From: the human T2T-CHM13v2.0 reference genome, Homo sapiens
Assembly (NCBI RefSeq): GCF_009914755.1
Contig: NC_060947.1
Direction: 5' to 3' (one strand)
DNA length: 64,000 bases
The notes under the pieces are model-generated. The model searched no databases. It had not been told where the DNA came from and worked only from the letters and a program-made list of their open reading frames with translations. How positions within the stretch are numbered: the first letter of the stretch is position 1; every line of letters starts with the position of its first letter. The position numbers and the translations under genes were made by a program. This document shows, piece by piece, positions 43,785-57,568 of this stretch.

Positions 43785-44372
43785 GTTACATTATTTAATT
43801 GACAAAGTTGGTATATATTCAAGGTGTACAATGTGAGGATTTGATGTATGTATACATTGTGTAATGATTGCCACAATGAAATTACTTAACATATCCATCA
43901 TCACCCATGTTGTACATTAGATCCCCAGAAACTTGTTCATCTTATAACTGAAAGTTTGTACCCTTTGATCAACGTCTCCCCATTTCCCCCACTCCCAAGC
44001 CCCTAGAAGACAATGCCCTACACTCTGCTTCCATGAGTTTGACTTTTTAGATTTCATATGAGTGAGATTATACAGTAATTGTCTTTCAGTGTCTGACTTA
44101 TTTTACTTACAATAATGTCCTCTAGGTTCAATCATTTTTTTTTTTTGGAAAGGGCAGGATTTTCTTCTTTTGTATGAACGAATAATAGTCTATTGTGTAC
44201 ATACATCACAATTTCTTTATCCACTCATCCATCAATGGACACTTTTATAATCTGGCTATTGTGAATATTGCTGCAATAAACATAGGAGTGCAGATATCTG
44301 AGATACTGATTTCATTTCCTTTGAGATTACTGGATCATATGGTAGTTCTATTTTTAATTTTTTGAGGAACGT
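43785..44372 (-). mobile_element. L1MA (MA8/9-like) 3' fragment
   Basis: tatattcaaggtgtacaatgtg...ataactgaaagtttgtaccctttg...ggtagttctatttttaattttttgaggaac. Confidence 0.8.
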
Positions 44373-45096
44373 TCTCAGAATTCTGCTTATCACATTCAGC
44401 CACTATAGTGCAATGTAATCTGTTTTTCATTTTATTAGACTTATAAAATACCCAAATTCCGAGGACACTAAGTTTTACACATGTGGTAATCTAGATAAAA
44501 TACCCACAACTGGCTCAGTTATCAGTAGAAGTTCAGGCAGGGTAAGAATCTATTATAGCTTTAAAGCTTATTAGAGAGTTCATTGAAGTGTGCTCTCTCT
44601 CTCTCAATAATATTCTATTAGCACTGTGTTGCATTAAGTTGATGTTCTACTATATCTATTAGCATGGCATTGTATAATCATTTTAGCTTTGTGTGTGAGA
44701 AACATCTCATAGCATATTATGATTAGTAGGCTTAAAAATGTTTAATCTTTTTATTACCTCTCTTTAAATCTCTGAAAATATGATAGAAAATACCAACTAT
44801 TCTTTGCATTCTGAAATTTGTTTAGTAAAAATAATTGTTTTATTATGTATTTCTCTAGTTTCATCTCCATTTCTTCCATATTCTGGTTTGAAAGAAATAG
44901 CACAAAGGCTATTCCAGCTGAACCTACCATCCATTTTTCTGTTCAGAACTTCTCCTTTATGTGCCTGTCGACATTTATACTCAGATAAAATGGACTGGAC
45001 TGGTCCATCTAGAAGGAAATAAAAAACATTTCCATTTGACTTTTCTTTCAATATGCGCTGGGCCCTAGCAGTCATATCTGTCGTTTCTTTTATTAG

Positions 45097-45318
<222 letters not shown>

Positions 45319-46758
45319 TAAGAATCAAACATGCTTAAAATGCCTTTATAAATTACATCTCAGATGAGAGAGAAAACACTCTCAGCTTAAAAAGGGTATG
45401 ATTGAATCTCCAATAGTCTGAAGTTATACAAAGAATCCCCTTCTCTATCACCCTAGAACCCTTTAAGAGGTCTGAAATTCTGAAATAATCTCAAAGTAGG
45501 CCTTTCAAAATCCAGAATTCAATAAATCTTAAAACCTTCCCTAACTCTGAAATTATTTTTTCTCCCCAAAACAAATTTAACCATATCAAATTTATGAAAT
45601 GAAACCATTATTTCCCTATAGATTTGTAATGTTTTAAATACATACATTCTCTTATAGCTTATTTTATCAGCTCAAAGTATACATAATTTATTTAAATTTT
45701 TCACATAGTCTTTCCAGTACTCATTTGTCATTATTAGTAGGGAGCCCATTATTTTTCTATTCCTCCTCTCCTTTCTTCTCCAGCTGCCTCCCTTTTTCCA
45801 AGAACACTAGACTACTTACTTGATCAGGTAAAGGGCTTATTTGATTAAGTAATGGCCTTCAGTACAGAGAGCACTAGTATGGCTGATGATTTCAATGAGT
45901 TCATTGCTTTTGCTTCTAGCACTAAGTGCCACTTTTGAACATGGTCTTGCATCACCCAGTGCACTGTCATTTTCTGCTCTGAAGATACCCTTGATGGCCC
46001 CAATCTTTGCTAAGGGGCACTGGTGTCCCATTTGAGGGTTCTAAGATATCAGCTTGAAATCACAATCACTGGGTCACTCTTTTCTCTCTATCACACACTA
46101 TTCTTGGAGATTTCGATGTGAAAGGGTATTGATCACTCTCTGTGATGGAAACTGTCCCCAGAAACTAGCTTTCAGCTTCCCGTGTTGAGCCCTGCTCTCT
46201 AACACAAACTATCTTTTCTCTTATTAAGCTATGGCATGGGAATTTCCTGTCCTTTCCTACCAGGTAAAATTGGCCAGTCAACCCTGGTAGTATTTCTTAA
46301 ACTTAAAAATTTGGGATACAGCACATTCCTTTCATCTCAGGACCTCCTTTTCTCAGTAGTCCCCTGGGATCCTTATGGCAATGATCTATCCTCATCTTCA
46401 TACTGCATATTTTAAAGGCCTGGGAAGCTTCTATTAAAACACAGAAAATACTTTTTTAAATGTTCAATTGCACTGCTTTCCCAGGGCATATTTATTTTCT
46501 CCAAATTATGAAAATCTACATTAAAGAGACTTGCTCCATTTCTAGTCAAGCTGTACTTTAAAATAGTTTTCTTTCAACAGCACCTCATTACATGTCTTAA
46601 GTTCTTCAGCAAGCTAAATCTTGTTTCTGGGTAGTTTATTCTGTCCCATTAAGTTGTAACATCATCGTACATTTTGAAATTTAGTAATAGTTCAGCTATG
46701 TAAATTTTTTGTGTGTTTTAACTAATTTAAAATACCCTTAAAATTTGTTTTTCATTAG

Positions 46759-46954
46759 ATCGTCCTGGGACATACACAGCAGATATTCCTATGCTTTTAA
46801 ATTATATTCCAGTTTGCTATAAAATATTACATCTTACTGGGGAAGTAAAATCACCAGAGTTATTGTTTGACCCTCCATTTATATTTTTCACTCCTGTTCC
46901 TTTGGATATAACAACTGTAATGGATATCAACATTTTACCTCAAAACTATTTCAG
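46759..46954 (+). CDS. CFAP47: CFAP47 exon H (196 nt, phase 1/2): NRPGTYTADIPMLLNYIPVCYKILHLTGEVKSPELLFDPPFIFFTPVPLDITTVMDINILPQNYF
   Basis: Acceptor ttgtttttcattag|ATC, donor CAG|gtaaat; open frame, phases match G and I. Confidence 0.92.
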
Positions 46955-47211
46955 GTAAATACTCAATGTGAATTTACCACATTTTCTTTATGTGCTTTTT
47001 TGTTTGTTTCTGTGTTATATAAGAATTATATAAGAATGGCTTGTTTCTATAGTTGGAAAGAACTATTAAAATATTTAACCATACATTAAAATTTAACAAA
47101 AAAACCAAAAAATCTTTCTTAATTATCTCACAGTTAGTCATTGAATTTTCTTGTAAATTTTCTTTTGCTGTGTCTCTCTTCATGAAGTAATAAGCAAGCC
47201 TAAAAATTCAA

Positions 47212-47728
47212 TATATTAGTTTTCTAGTGCTATGTGAAAAATTATCACAAACGTGGTGCCTTAAAACATGCATTTGATATCTCAAACGACATGAATTTGT
47301 TTATTATCTTGCAGTTTCTCTGACTTAGTAGTCCAGCTGTCTTAGCTGCATCCTCTGCTGAGTGTCTCAATAAGCAGAAGTCAAGGTGTTGGCTGCAGTG
47401 GCACTTTCACTTGAGGCTCAGTCTTCCTCCAAGCTCTCAAGTTGTTGACAGAATTGATTTCATGGTCCTTATAGAACTAAAGCATCATTTTTTTGCCTAG
47501 GGACACTCTCAGTCCACCCTCAAGTCCTAGCCATGTGGTCACATCCTCACAACATGGTGTACAACTAATTCAAGGCCAAAAGTATACCATCTCTCAGACT
47601 TCTCTGCTTCTGACTTTCAAACCCTCTTTTGTGATCTCAACTGATTATGTCAGACCCATCCATGATAATTTCCCTCTTGCTTTATTCAAAGTCAATTAAT
47701 CAGAGACCTTAATTACACCTGAAAAGTC
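47212..47728 (-). mobile_element. Old MLT1-family LTR
   Basis: tattagttttctagtgct...gaagtcaaggtgttggctgcag...gaccttaattacacctgaaaag. Confidence 0.65.
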
Positions 47729-47744
47729 TATAAATATATATAGT

Positions 47745-47895
47745 GGGAGGCTATGTTGTTTATTGTAGAATGTTTAGCAGCATCCATAGCCTCTATCCAA
47801 TAGTGTTCCTCCCCATGATATGACAGAAAATATGTATCTCTACACATGGCTACTTGTCTCCTGGGGAGCAAAATCACCCTCAGCTGAAAAGCACC
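47745..47895. mobile_element. MER20 fragment (hAT-Charlie)
   Basis: ttgtagaatgtttagcagcatccatagcctcta...ctggggagcaaaatcaccctcagctgaaaagcac. Confidence 0.7.
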
Positions 47896-47899
47896 AAAG

Positions 47900-50960
<3,061 letters not shown>

Positions 50961-51045
50961 AACTAAGTATTAAAAACATTTAAGTATTAATATATACAAA
51001 TATATATAGTTGTATTAAAAACAAATAAGTATTAAAAACATTTAA

Positions 51046-52631
51046 GTCTCATGTCCTTTTAACATTTCAAAAGCAATCATGTCTTCCTGACAGTCTCCCA
51101 AAGTCTTAACTCATTCCAGCATTAACTCAAAAGTCCAAGTCCAAAGTCTCATCTGAGACAAGGTAAGTCCCTTCCACATATGAGCCTGTAAAATCTAAGA
51201 CAAGATAGTCACTTCCAAGATACAATGAGGGTACAAGCACAGGGTAAATGTCCATATTCCAAATAGGAGAAATTGGCCAAAACAAAGGGGCCACAGGCCC
51301 CATGCAAGTCTGAAACCTAGCATGGCAGTCAAATCTTAAAGCTCCAAAATGATCTCCTTTGACTCTATGTCTCACATCCAAGGCATGCTGATGCAAAGGG
51401 TGGGCTCCCACACCCTTGGCCAGCTCTGTCCCTATGGCTCTGGAGGGTACAGCTGTTGTGGCTGCCTTCACAAGCTGATGTTGAGTGCAGGCAACTTTTC
51501 TAGGCACATGGTGCAAGCTGTTGGTGGTTCTACCTTTCTGGGGTCTGCAGGATGGTGGCCCTCTTATAGCTCAACTAGGCAGTGTTCCAGTGGAGACTCT
51601 GTGTGGCACATACAACCCTACATTTCCCTTCTGCACTGCTCTAGCAGAGGTTCTCCATGAGGACTCTGCCCCTGTAGCAGACTTTGGCCTGGACATCCAG
51701 GTGTTTCCATACATCCTCTGAAATCTAGGCAGAGGTTCCCAAAGCTCAACTCTTGTCTTCTGTGCACCTGCAGGCCCAACACGATGTGGAAGCCACCAAG
51801 GCTTGGGGTTTGCATTTTCTGAAGCAATGAGCTGAGCTGTACCTTGGCCCCTTTTAGCCACAGCTAGAGCTGGAGCGTCTGGGACACAGGGTACCAAGCC
51901 CTGAAGCTTCACAGAGCAGCAGGGCTCTGGGCACAGCCCAAAAAGCCATTTTTCCCTCCTAGGCCTCTGGCCCTGTGATGGGAGGGGCTGTTATGAAGAT
52001 CTATGACATGCCCTGCAGACATTTTCCCCATTGTCTTGGCTCCTCATTATTTATGCAAATGTCTGCAGCTGGCTTGAATTCCTCTTCAGAAAAATGCTGT
52101 CTTCTTTTCTACCACATGGTCAGGCTGCAAATTTTCGAAACCTTTATGCTCTTATTCCCTTTGAAACATTAGTTCCAATTTCAAACCATCTCTTCGTGTA
52201 TGCATACAACTGAATGCTTTCAGAATAAGCCTGGTTAAAACTTGAATGCTTTGCTGCTTAGAAATTTATTTGACCAGATACCCTAAATTATCTCCATCAA
52301 GTTCAAATTTCCACAGATCTCTAGGGCAAGGGCGACATGCCACCAGTCTCTTTGCTAAAGCATAGCATGAGTGACTTTTACTCCAGCTCCCAATAAGTTC
52401 CTCATCTCTATCTGAGACCACTTCAGCCTGGACTTCATTGTCCACATCACTATCATCATTTTGGTCAAAACCATTCAACAAGACTCTAGAAAGTTCCAAA
52501 TTTTCACTCATCTTCCTGTCTTCTTCTGAGCCCTCCAAACTGTTTCAAACTCTGCCAGTTACCCAGTTCCAAAGTCACTTCCACATTCTCAGGTATCTTA
52601 CAGCAATGCCCCACTACCTTAGTACCAATTC
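51046..52631 (-). mobile_element. MaLR internal region (MST-int-like) lacking both LTRs
   Basis: Reverse complement of MaLR internal text, homologous to the THE1 internal at 57931-59554 (ORFs 52266..52538 vs 58121..58303; 51571..51912 vs 58711..58974). Confidence 0.85.
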
Positions 52632-52634
52632 TAT

Positions 52635-53340
52635 TATTTTTTATTTCTTTTTCAGATTGTTATCTGTTGGCATGTAGAAATGCTACTGATTTTTTATGTT
52701 TATTTTGTACCCTGCAACTTTACTGAATTGATCAGTTCTAATAGTTTTCTTGCAGAGTCTTTTTCAAATATAAGCTCATATAATCTACAAACAAGGATAT
52801 TGTACTTCTTCCTTTCCAACTTGGATGCCCTTTATATCTTTCTCTTGTCTGATTGCTCTATCTAGAAATTCCATTACTATGTTGAATGACAGTAGTGAAA
52901 GTGAGCATCCTTGTTGTGTTCTAAATCTTAGAAGACATTTTTCAGTTTTTCTCTATTCTATGTGATATTAGCTGTTGGTCTGTCATACATCACTTTTATC
53001 ATGCTGAGGTATGTTTCTCCTGTCCCCAGTGTTTTGAGGGTTTTTGTCCTGAAGGGGTAATGAAATTTATCAACTTGGTGTTCTACTCCGCTGTGGCTGT
53101 GCTGGTACCTCAGGTGCAAGACAAAGTCTCCTTTACTTTTTCTTCTGCTTTTCACAAGCAGAACAAGTTTTGCCCCATAGCCACCACAGCTAGTAATGTG
53201 CTGAATCTCACCTGAAGCCAGCAAGTCTCAGAGGGTCACCCAAGGCCCTCAATGTAGTACCTGGGTATTGCTGCTGGTTATTCAGGGTCCAAGGGGGCTC
53301 TTCAGTTAACAGGTGATGAATGCTGCCAGGACTGAGTACT
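52635..53340 (-). mobile_element. L1MA fragment: ORF2 piece (52635-~53072) joined directly to a 5' UTR piece (~53073-53340)
   Basis: First part parallels ~25930-26345, second part parallels ~31711-31951 of the L1MA in this window. Confidence 0.8.
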
Positions 53341-54628
53341 TACAGACTCCATGGGGCTCGCTCAAAATGTCATTTACTTTGTTAGGTAATGTTCAACATC
53401 ATCAAAACTTTGGGATTTGCAGTTCCTTTAAGACCTTATCTTATAAATAGACACTAACCTTTGTTGTTTAAACGGGAAATAGTAGTGGCTTCAATTAAAT
53501 TGTGCTAGAAAGCAGTTTTAAATCAATAATCATTTTCTAATATATGAATTAATCTCTTAATTTTTCAACTTTGGAATTAATGTATAAAGGTATCAATTTA
53601 AAAGCTACTTCAACTCAAAAGTTGAGTCTTGCTAAATATGGTATAATGAAATGAATATGAGAGGTACTGAAGAAATAATGTAATGCAGTGTCCAAGTTAT
53701 ACATATGTAATAAAATCAACAGCATTAATCACTTATGCAAAGATAAGTTAATTAGCTAAGTAATAACTGAATTATTTTCAAACTGGATTTATAAATTACT
53801 TTCCATGTTTTTATTCAAGGTAGCGTATAGGTTTAACTAATACAATTTTAGATCTTTATTTTTTCTTATTAGCTAAATAGTTCTCATACTGATTAAAATA
53901 GCAAGGATATATAATTTCCATTTGATGATACCTCTTATCTGCCATAGATATGTAAGTTTTTACATATATAAGTAAACAAAGTAATATGATTAAATATTTA
54001 TTGGTCACTAAAAATAATAAGTAGTAATTCAATTTTAAAGTGAATACTATTAATACATATTTTTATATTAAAAATAAACAGTTTGGAATGGCTATAAAAA
54101 GTATAAATGTATAATTAAGTATGTCAACATTAAGTGGAATTTTTGAATGGTAATGATTGAAAAACATTCATAATATATGTATATATGCGCTTAATAGTAT
54201 CCAAATTTTCAAATATCTACCTACATGTATATGCATCTGTTATTATTATTCAGTCTATATGCATTAAGTTTGTACCTATTAAAGTGATAACTTTTGGTAA
54301 ATTTTCATCAGAATACATTTAAAAACAGTAATTTCTATCATGATGGTGATTAAGAAATATTGTGTTTAATCAGGTGTCACATGTCTTTTTAATCCTTATA
54401 GAACAAAAGGAATATTTGATCATCTCAAGTGGTTCTTAGTTATCATCCATCTTATATTGTGATCAGAAAATAAGAGATGATACAAAGATATCTTTAATAA
54501 TTAGGCACATGATTACAAATATTTCTTATTTTAATTTTCTTGAGGATTCAAAAAAATGAAATATACATTTAAAGCCAATGACTGGCAGGTATTTTGAGCT
54601 AATGAAACATTTTTTTTATTTTAAACAG

Positions 54629-54838
54629 AAATTCAACTCTATGTGTCCAGATTCCCACAGTAAGGCTTCTTGATGGTGAAGAGATTCACCCTCTTTCTGT
54701 GAAATTTCCAAAAGGCAGAGTCATCCCAGGCTCTCACAGTGGAATTAATAATAAGCTCACTTGCCACCTCAGTTTCAAGTCATCTAAACCTGTGTCATTT
54801 TTTACCAATCTTCTTTTCTGTGATGACAGAAAAAACTG
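54629..54838 (+). CDS. CFAP47: CFAP47 exon I (210 nt, phase 2/2): RNSTLCVQIPTVRLLDGEEIHPLSVKFPKGRVIPGSHSGINNKLTCHLSFKSSKPVSFFTNLLFCDDRKN(W)
   Basis: Acceptor ttttattttaaacag|AAA, donor CTG|gtaaga; open frame; peptide recalled from the former CXorf59/CHDC2 part of CFAP47. Confidence 0.92.
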
Positions 54839-55004
54839 GTAAGATATCTAAATGTACATTATTTTGTATCTGACATTAAAGAATAACATATTTATATTTT
54901 ACACCATGGTAAAATGTTAAAAAGAGAGGGATCTAATATAATAACCTTGGACATAAAGATTATTTCTAAAATTCCAAATGTAAGTGCGCTCTCACAAAAA
55001 GCAG

Positions 55005-55225
55005 CATAATAGTGGCTACCAATTTATACTCTGGAGCTAGACTGCCTGGGGTCAAATCCAGGCTTTGTTAACATTACTTCTGAGACTCTCAGTTTCCTCA
55101 TCTATGAAATGGAGCTAATAGCAGAACCTATCCCATCTGTCATCATGAAAAGTACAGTGAGTTAGTAATTATTGAGCAATTGGACAGGAAATAACCCAAA
55201 GGAAATGCTAAATAAGTGTCAACTG
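55005..55225 (+). mobile_element. MIR
   Basis: ctctggagctagactgcctggggtcaaatcc...ctcagtttcctcatctatgaaatgg. Confidence 0.8.
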
Positions 55226-56484
55226 AAAGTGAGAAATATCAACATAATGATTTCCCTACAATATAGCTTTGTTGCATGTTACTTTAACGGGGTGAGGAGA
55301 TTTCAAATACATCTTGGTAAAATGATATTTCTGGATATCTTATCTTATAGGACCAGAAATACCATTTTTACATCATATCCTGAAATAACTTGACTAACTA
55401 AATGGCAAGAGGTTGAAGTGTAGAGCTATAAAGTTTGTTTAAAAGGCTTATAATGAAAAGTAAAATTAGTGTCAGAGTATGTTCTCTATGTGCTCATTTA
55501 TTAACATTTAGAGGCGTCATTTGTATATTTGTAGTTAAAGGACTGATTCATGTGTTTGGCATTAGGAGAGGGACATCTCTCTTCTTAATACATAGAAATA
55601 TCTTCTTCTTAATACATCATATTTCACAACATCCCATTTCAATCATCAGCAGATTTGTGATAAATTAGAGCTATTGGAACTAATTTAGAAACTTTGCAAA
55701 TCATAGATGAGCAACAAAAGACTTTTCTGTACACCCAGATAAACAAGGCACTAAGGCCATAAGCATTCCCCAGAGCCTTAATACTGGCAAATCCTTTTAC
55801 TGGTGACTGGTTAACTCCTTATCTGGTTTTCTACAGTGAATATGATCAGATCCTCTTACTCTTCTCTACTCTCCAATGCTGTCCTTGCCTTTCTCTCTTT
55901 AGGCATACCATTTCTGATCTCATTGAGATAAATGAGGTCTTCCAGAAAGGAATTCCTCAAGAGCTTCCTTTTCATTTTAGAATTTCTATGAAATAAATTA
56001 TACTCATTTATTATTGGTAATCTATTAGCATATATTTATTGTAGGCAAACCATGTGTGTACTCTGCCCAAGATTTAGGTAAAGAAAGGGGGCAAATCCTT
56101 GATGGATGTCAGTGTGTTAGGTTTTTTGCCCTATGTTGAAGCCTTTATTTGCATCTGGTTTGTTCATATGGAAGCCCATGGGCCTAATTAAAAATATAAG
56201 ACTGATTTCTTGATTTTTTTGCTTTCTTTTACTTTGTAAGATTCTTTCATAATGTGGCTTCTCTTGGGGGCCAACATGCTTGGCTTTTAATTTTGTTTTC
56301 TTTAGATTTTGTCACATTTGGATTGGCCCAACCAGCTGGAAATCTGTGAATAATAGCAGGAATAAATATTTTCTGCTAATCTGTCTGCTTTCCCATCCAC
56401 AATAATGTGCTCCCAGCTCAGAGATTGTACACCCTACTTGCGTCTTACCCAAATTCCCCAAAAAGTCTGGGGATAGAAGTTTTA

Positions 56485-56566
56485 TTCAATTGGTGCAAAA
56501 GCAATTGCAGTTTTTGCCATTATTTTCAATGTCAGAAAAACCACAATTACTTTTGCATCAACCTAA
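56485..56566. mobile_element. MADE1 (Hsmar1-derived palindromic MITE)
   Basis: ttggtgcaaaagcaattgcagtttttgccatt...aatgtcagaaaaaccacaattacttttgcatcaacctaa; two terminal inverted repeats around a short spacer. Confidence 0.9.
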
Positions 56567-56879
56567 ATATATATCTGTGTGAGAAATGGTGATGTGAATA
56601 AGGAGTATTATAAACAGTAAAATGAAGCATGAGGTATGGAGGCTAAAGCAACCCATATTTTAATGGCATTTTTGGTGTTACGGTTTGGTGAATTCTGGCA
56701 AGACTTAGCTGGGGATGAAACTGAAAAGGCAGCAGGAACAGATTATGAAAGTCGTCCATGCTCTGCTTTGCTATCCATGAGTGAGAAATAGGGTGAGAAC
56801 CAGGAGAGTGTGATGTTATGGATATCAAGTTTGAACAAATACAGGAAGCATAAGGTCTACAGCTATTAATTAATACAAG

Positions 56880-57090
56880 TCAGGTACTACTCATAGGCTA
56901 GATCTCATGGAATCCGCACAATAGTCCTGAGAAGTGGGGTTTTTTTTCTTTTTTTTTGTTTCTAGATTATCATCTCTGTTTTATAGAAGAGGAATCTAAG
57001 GCTCACAGTGTGACCTAACTTGTCCAAGCTCACTCAAACATTAAATGGGGGAGCCAAGAATGTAAACCATATTTTGGTTTCCAAAGATTT
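56880..57090 (-). mobile_element. MIR
   Basis: tctgttttatagaagaggaatctaaggctcacag...aacttgtccaagctcac. Confidence 0.7.
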
Positions 57091-57254
57091 TCCACTTAGT
57101 CACCTTATTTTAAATACCATTTAGACTATAAATAATTATATAGAAATTTTTATAATAAGCATATGTTTTCGAGGGTTACACTACTATATGTCATATATAG
57201 ATTTTCCAAAGAATAAGAGATGTTTTCTTTCTTTCTTACTCTTCTGCATGTATT

Positions 57255-57263
<9 letters not shown>

Positions 57264-57303
<40 letters not shown>
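57264..57303. repeat. (CA)20 microsatellite
   Basis: Pure CA run preceded by (CT)n. Confidence 0.95.
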
Positions 57304-57308
<5 letters not shown>

Positions 57309-57568
57309 GAAACTTCTGTGTTCCACATATAGTAATGATAGAATTACAGTCTACTCAATAAGTACTGAGGCATTATTAATTTATTTTGCTCAATATATTA
57401 ATTAATGAGGCAAAATCTCATGAATCGTCTCTATGGTTATAGAATAAAATCAAACAAATATGAAATGTGACTGTGTATTCAAAGAACGTAGTTGTTGTGG
57501 TTCCAATGACATCAGGAGCAATGGACCCGCACATTTGTTATTGGCCGGTGTTCAGAAGTGTTAGTGTC

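Noticed and set aside
51127-52677. Cluster of overlapping ORFs (also 57601-59843)
   Set aside because: Typical open frames of MaLR internal and LTR sequence; no intact gag or pol
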